From NCBI RefSeq assembly GCF_009914755.1, contig NC_060942.1: 64,000 nt of DNA. One strand, 5' to 3'. The notes under the pieces are model-generated. The model was not told where the DNA came from. It searched no databases and worked only from the letters and a program-made list of their open reading frames with translations. The stretch comes from the human T2T-CHM13v2.0 reference genome, Homo sapiens. Shown here in pieces: positions 61,101-64,000 of this stretch (position 1 is its first letter; every line of letters begins with the position of its first letter). Made by a program: the position numbers and the translations under genes.

Positions 61101-64000
61101 TTTTGTAGTATCTGGAAGTGGACATTCGGAGCGCTATCAGGCCCATGTTGGAAAGGGAAATATCTTCCCGTAACAACTAGGCAGAAGCATTCTCAGAAAC
61201 TTATTTGAGATGTGTGTACTCAACTAAGAGAATTGAACCACCGTTTTGAAGGTGCAGTTTTGAAACACTCTTTTTCTGGAATCTGCAAGAGTATATTTGC
61301 CTAGCCTTGAGGATTTCGTTGGAAACGGGATTGTCTTCAGATAAAATCTAGACAGAAGCATTCTCAGAAACTTCTTTGGGATGTTTGCATTCAAGTCACA
61401 GAGTAGAACATTCCCTTTGGTAGAGCAGGTTTGAAACACTCTTTTTTTAGTATATGGAAGTGGACATTTGGAGCGCTTTCAGGCCTACGTTGGAAAAGGA
61501 AATATCTTCCCATAACAACTAGACAGAAGCATTCTCAGAAACTAGTTTCTGATGTGTGTCCTCAACTAACACAGTTGAACTTTTCTTTAGACAGAACAGT
61601 TTTGAAACACTCTTTTTGTGGAATCTGCAAGTGGATATTTGGCTAGATTTGAGGATTTCGTTGGAAACGGGATTACATATAAAAAGCAGACTGCAGCATT
61701 CTCAGAAAGTTCTTTGTGGTGATTGCATTCAAGTCACAGAATTGAACATTCCCTTTCACAGAGCAGGTTTGAAACACTCTTTTTGTAGTGTGTGTAAGTG
61801 GACATTTGGAGCGCTTTCCGGCCTAAGGTGAAAAAGGAAATATCTTCCCATAAAAACTAGACAGAAGCATTCTCAGAAACTTACTCGTGATGTGTGTCCT
61901 CAACTAAAGGAGTAGAAACTTTCTATTCATAGAGAAGTTTTGAAACGCTCTTTTTGTGGAATCTCCAAGTGGATATTTGGCTAGTTTTGAGGATTTCTTT
62001 GGAAGCGGGAATTCATACAAATTGCAGACTGCAGCGTTCTGAGAAACATCTTTGTGATGTTTGTATTCAGGACACAGAGATGAACATTCCCTATCATAGA
62101 GCAGGTTGGAATCACTCCTTTTGTAGTATCTGGAAGTGGACATTTGGAGCGCTTTCAGGCCTATGTTGAAAAAGGAAATATCTTCCCATAACAACTAGAC
62201 ACAAGCATTCTCAGAAACTTGTTTGTGATGTGTGCCCTCTACTGACAGAGTTGAACCTTTCTTTTCATAGAGCAGTTTTGAAACACTCTTTTTGTAGAAT
62301 CTGCAAGAGGATATTTGCATAGCTTTGAGGATTTCGTGGGAAACGGGATTGTCTTCAAGTAAAATCTAGACAGAAGCATTCTCAGAAACTTCTTTGGGAT
62401 GTTTGCATTCAAGTCACAGAGTAGAACATTCCCTTTGGTAGAGCAGGTTTGAAACCCTCTTTTTGTAGTATCTGGAAGTGGACATTTGGAGCGCTTTCAG
62501 GCCCATGTTGGAAAGGGAAATATCTTCCCGTAACAACTAGGCAGAAGCATTCTCAGAAACTTATTTGAGATGTGTGTACTCAACTAAGAGAATTGAACCA
62601 CCGTTTTGAAGGAGCAGTTTTGAAACACTCTTTTTCTGGAATCTGCTAGACGATATTTGCCTAGCCTTGAGGATTTCGTTGGAAACGGGATTGTCTTCAG
62701 AGAAAATCTAGACAGAAGCATTCTCAGAAACTTCTTTGGGATGTTTGTATTCAAGTCACAGAGTAGAACATTCCCTTTGATAGAGCAGGTTTGAAACACT
62801 CTTTTTTTAGTATATGGAAATGGACATTTGGAGCGCTTTCAGGCCTACGTTGGAAAAGGAAATATCTTCCCGTAACAACTAGACAGAAGCATTCTCAGAA
62901 ACTAGTTTCTGATGTGTGTCCTCAACTAACACAGTTGAACTTTTCTTTAGACAGAACAGTTTTGAAACACTCTTTTTGTGGAATCTGCAAGTGGATATTT
63001 GGCTAGATTTGAGGATTTCGTTGGAAACGGGATTACATATAAAAAGCAGACAGCAGCATTCTCAGAAAGTTCTTTGTGATGATTGCATTCAAGTCACAGA
63101 ATTGAACATTCCCTTTCACAGAGCAGGTTTGAAACACTCTTTTTGTAGTGTGTGTAAGTGGACATTTGGAGCACTTTCCGGCCTAAGGTGAAAAAGGAAA
63201 TATCTTCCCATAAAAACTAGACAGAAGCATTCTCAGAAACTTACTCGTGATGTGTGTCCTCAACTAAAGGAGTAGAACCTTTCTATTCATAGAGAAGGTT
63301 TGAAACGCTCTTTTTGTGGAATCTCCAAGTGGATATTTGGCTAGTTTTGAGGATTTCGTTGGATGCGGGAATTCATACAAATTGCAGACTGCAGCGTTCT
63401 GAGAAACATCTTTGTGATGTTTGTATTCAGGACACAGAGATGAACATTCCCTATCATAGAGCAGGTTGGAATCACTCCTTTTGTAGTATCTGGAAGTGGA
63501 CATTTGGAGCGCTTTCAGGCCTATGTTGAAAAAGGAAATATCTTCCCATAACAACTAGACACAAGCATTCTCAGAAACTTGTTTGTGATGTGTGCCCTCT
63601 GCTGACAGAGTTGAACCTTTCTTTTCATAGAGCAGTTTTGAAACACTCTTTTTGTAGAATCTGCAAGAGGATATTTGCATAGCTTTGAGGATTTCGTGGG
63701 AAACGGGATTGTCTTCAGGTAAAATCTAGACAGAAGCATTCTCAGAAACTTCTTTGGGATGTTTGCATTCAAGTCACAGAGTAGAACATTCCCTTTGGTA
63801 GAGCAGGTTTGAAACCCTCTTTTTGTAGTATCTGGAAGTGGACATTTTGAGCGCTTTCAGGCCCATGTTGGAAAGGGAAATATCTTCCCGTAACAACTAG
63901 GCAGAAGCATTCTCAGAAACTTATTTGAGATGTGTGTACTCAACTAAGAGAATTGAACCACCGTTTTGAAGGAGCAGATTTGAAACACTCTTTTTCTGGA
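58126..64000 (+). repeat. Second 8-mer HOR block (4 full units plus a partial one), same haplotype family as 25.7-47.1 kb
   Basis: A starts at 58126, 59486, 60846, 62206 and 63566, with the same diagnostic alleles. Confidence 0.95.

Larger units (their letters stand above)
1..64000 (+). repeat. Centromeric alpha-satellite higher-order-repeat array, SF2-type dimeric; probably human chromosome 18 D18Z1 (S2C18H1L)
   Basis: Head-to-tail 167-171 bp monomers starting 'cattctcagaaa'/'cgttctgagaaa' throughout, with a CENP-B box in every second monomer. Units of 1360 bp (8-mer) and 2035 bp (12-mer) and EcoRI spacings of 1360 and 675 bp fit D18Z1 as I recall it. Alpha-satellite identity is essentially certain; the chromosome assignment is about 0.85. 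Confidence 0.97.

Noticed and set aside
252-63772. Hundreds of 60-125 aa ORFs on both strands (MLWEDISF.., MFQTCSTK.., MSSTNTVE.., etc.)
   Set aside because: These are chance open frames in satellite monomers. They overlap on both strands, recur with the HOR period, mostly use TTG/GTG starts, gain and lose stops freely and show no recognisable domain. I used them only as positional markers.
1-64000. CRISPR-like array (regularly spaced conserved 'agaagcattctcagaaact')
   Set aside because: The intervening sequences are homologous monomer bodies, not unique spacers, and there are no cas genes or leader.
1-64000. L1/Alu/LTR insertion or strand inversion
   Set aside because: I saw no non-alphoid sequence, poly-A tail, target-site duplication or reverse-oriented monomer. 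Unit lengths account for the whole window.
1-64000. Assigning the kinetochore site or centromere dip region to the young expansions
   Set aside because: This depends on methylation and CENP-A data, which the sequence does not show.

Overview
The whole 64-kb window is one uninterrupted, single-orientation array of primate (human-type) alpha-satellite DNA, about 376 monomers of 167-171 bp. It has the SF2-like alternation of CENP-B-box monomers and pJalpha-type monomers. The 1360-bp 8-mer and 2035-bp 12-mer units and the EcoRI spacing fit the chromosome 18 live array D18Z1 (S2C18H1L); I made this assignment from recalled unit sizes, not from an alignment. I see no genes, RNA genes, transposon insertions or inversions, and the ORF track is an artefact of the repeat. 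Six dimers can be read directly; A-F are my own labels: A 'cttgtttgtgatgtgtgccc', B 'cttatttgag..gattgtcttcag', C 'ctagtttctg', D 'cttactcgtg', E 'cttatttgag..ttcgctgg', F 'cttgtttatgctg'. Architecture: (1) 1-20.8 kb, a near-identical 5772-bp 34-mer super-repeat (8+14+12-mer) in about 3.6 copies; (2) 20.8-25.7 kb, diverged 10/14/14-mers; (3) 25.7-47.1 kb, an 8-mer block with a hidden 6800-bp (5x8-mer) period and a 2378-bp out-of-register duplication; (4) 47.1-58.1 kb, mixed 12/14/12/12/8/7-mers with hybrid monomers and a parity-breaking 171-bp deletion; (5) 58.1-64 kb, a second 8-mer block. I find no new gene system. The notable content is nested repeat structure, readable recombination junctions, lineage-specific CENP-B box loss and a possible older ~31-33 kb macro-duplication.
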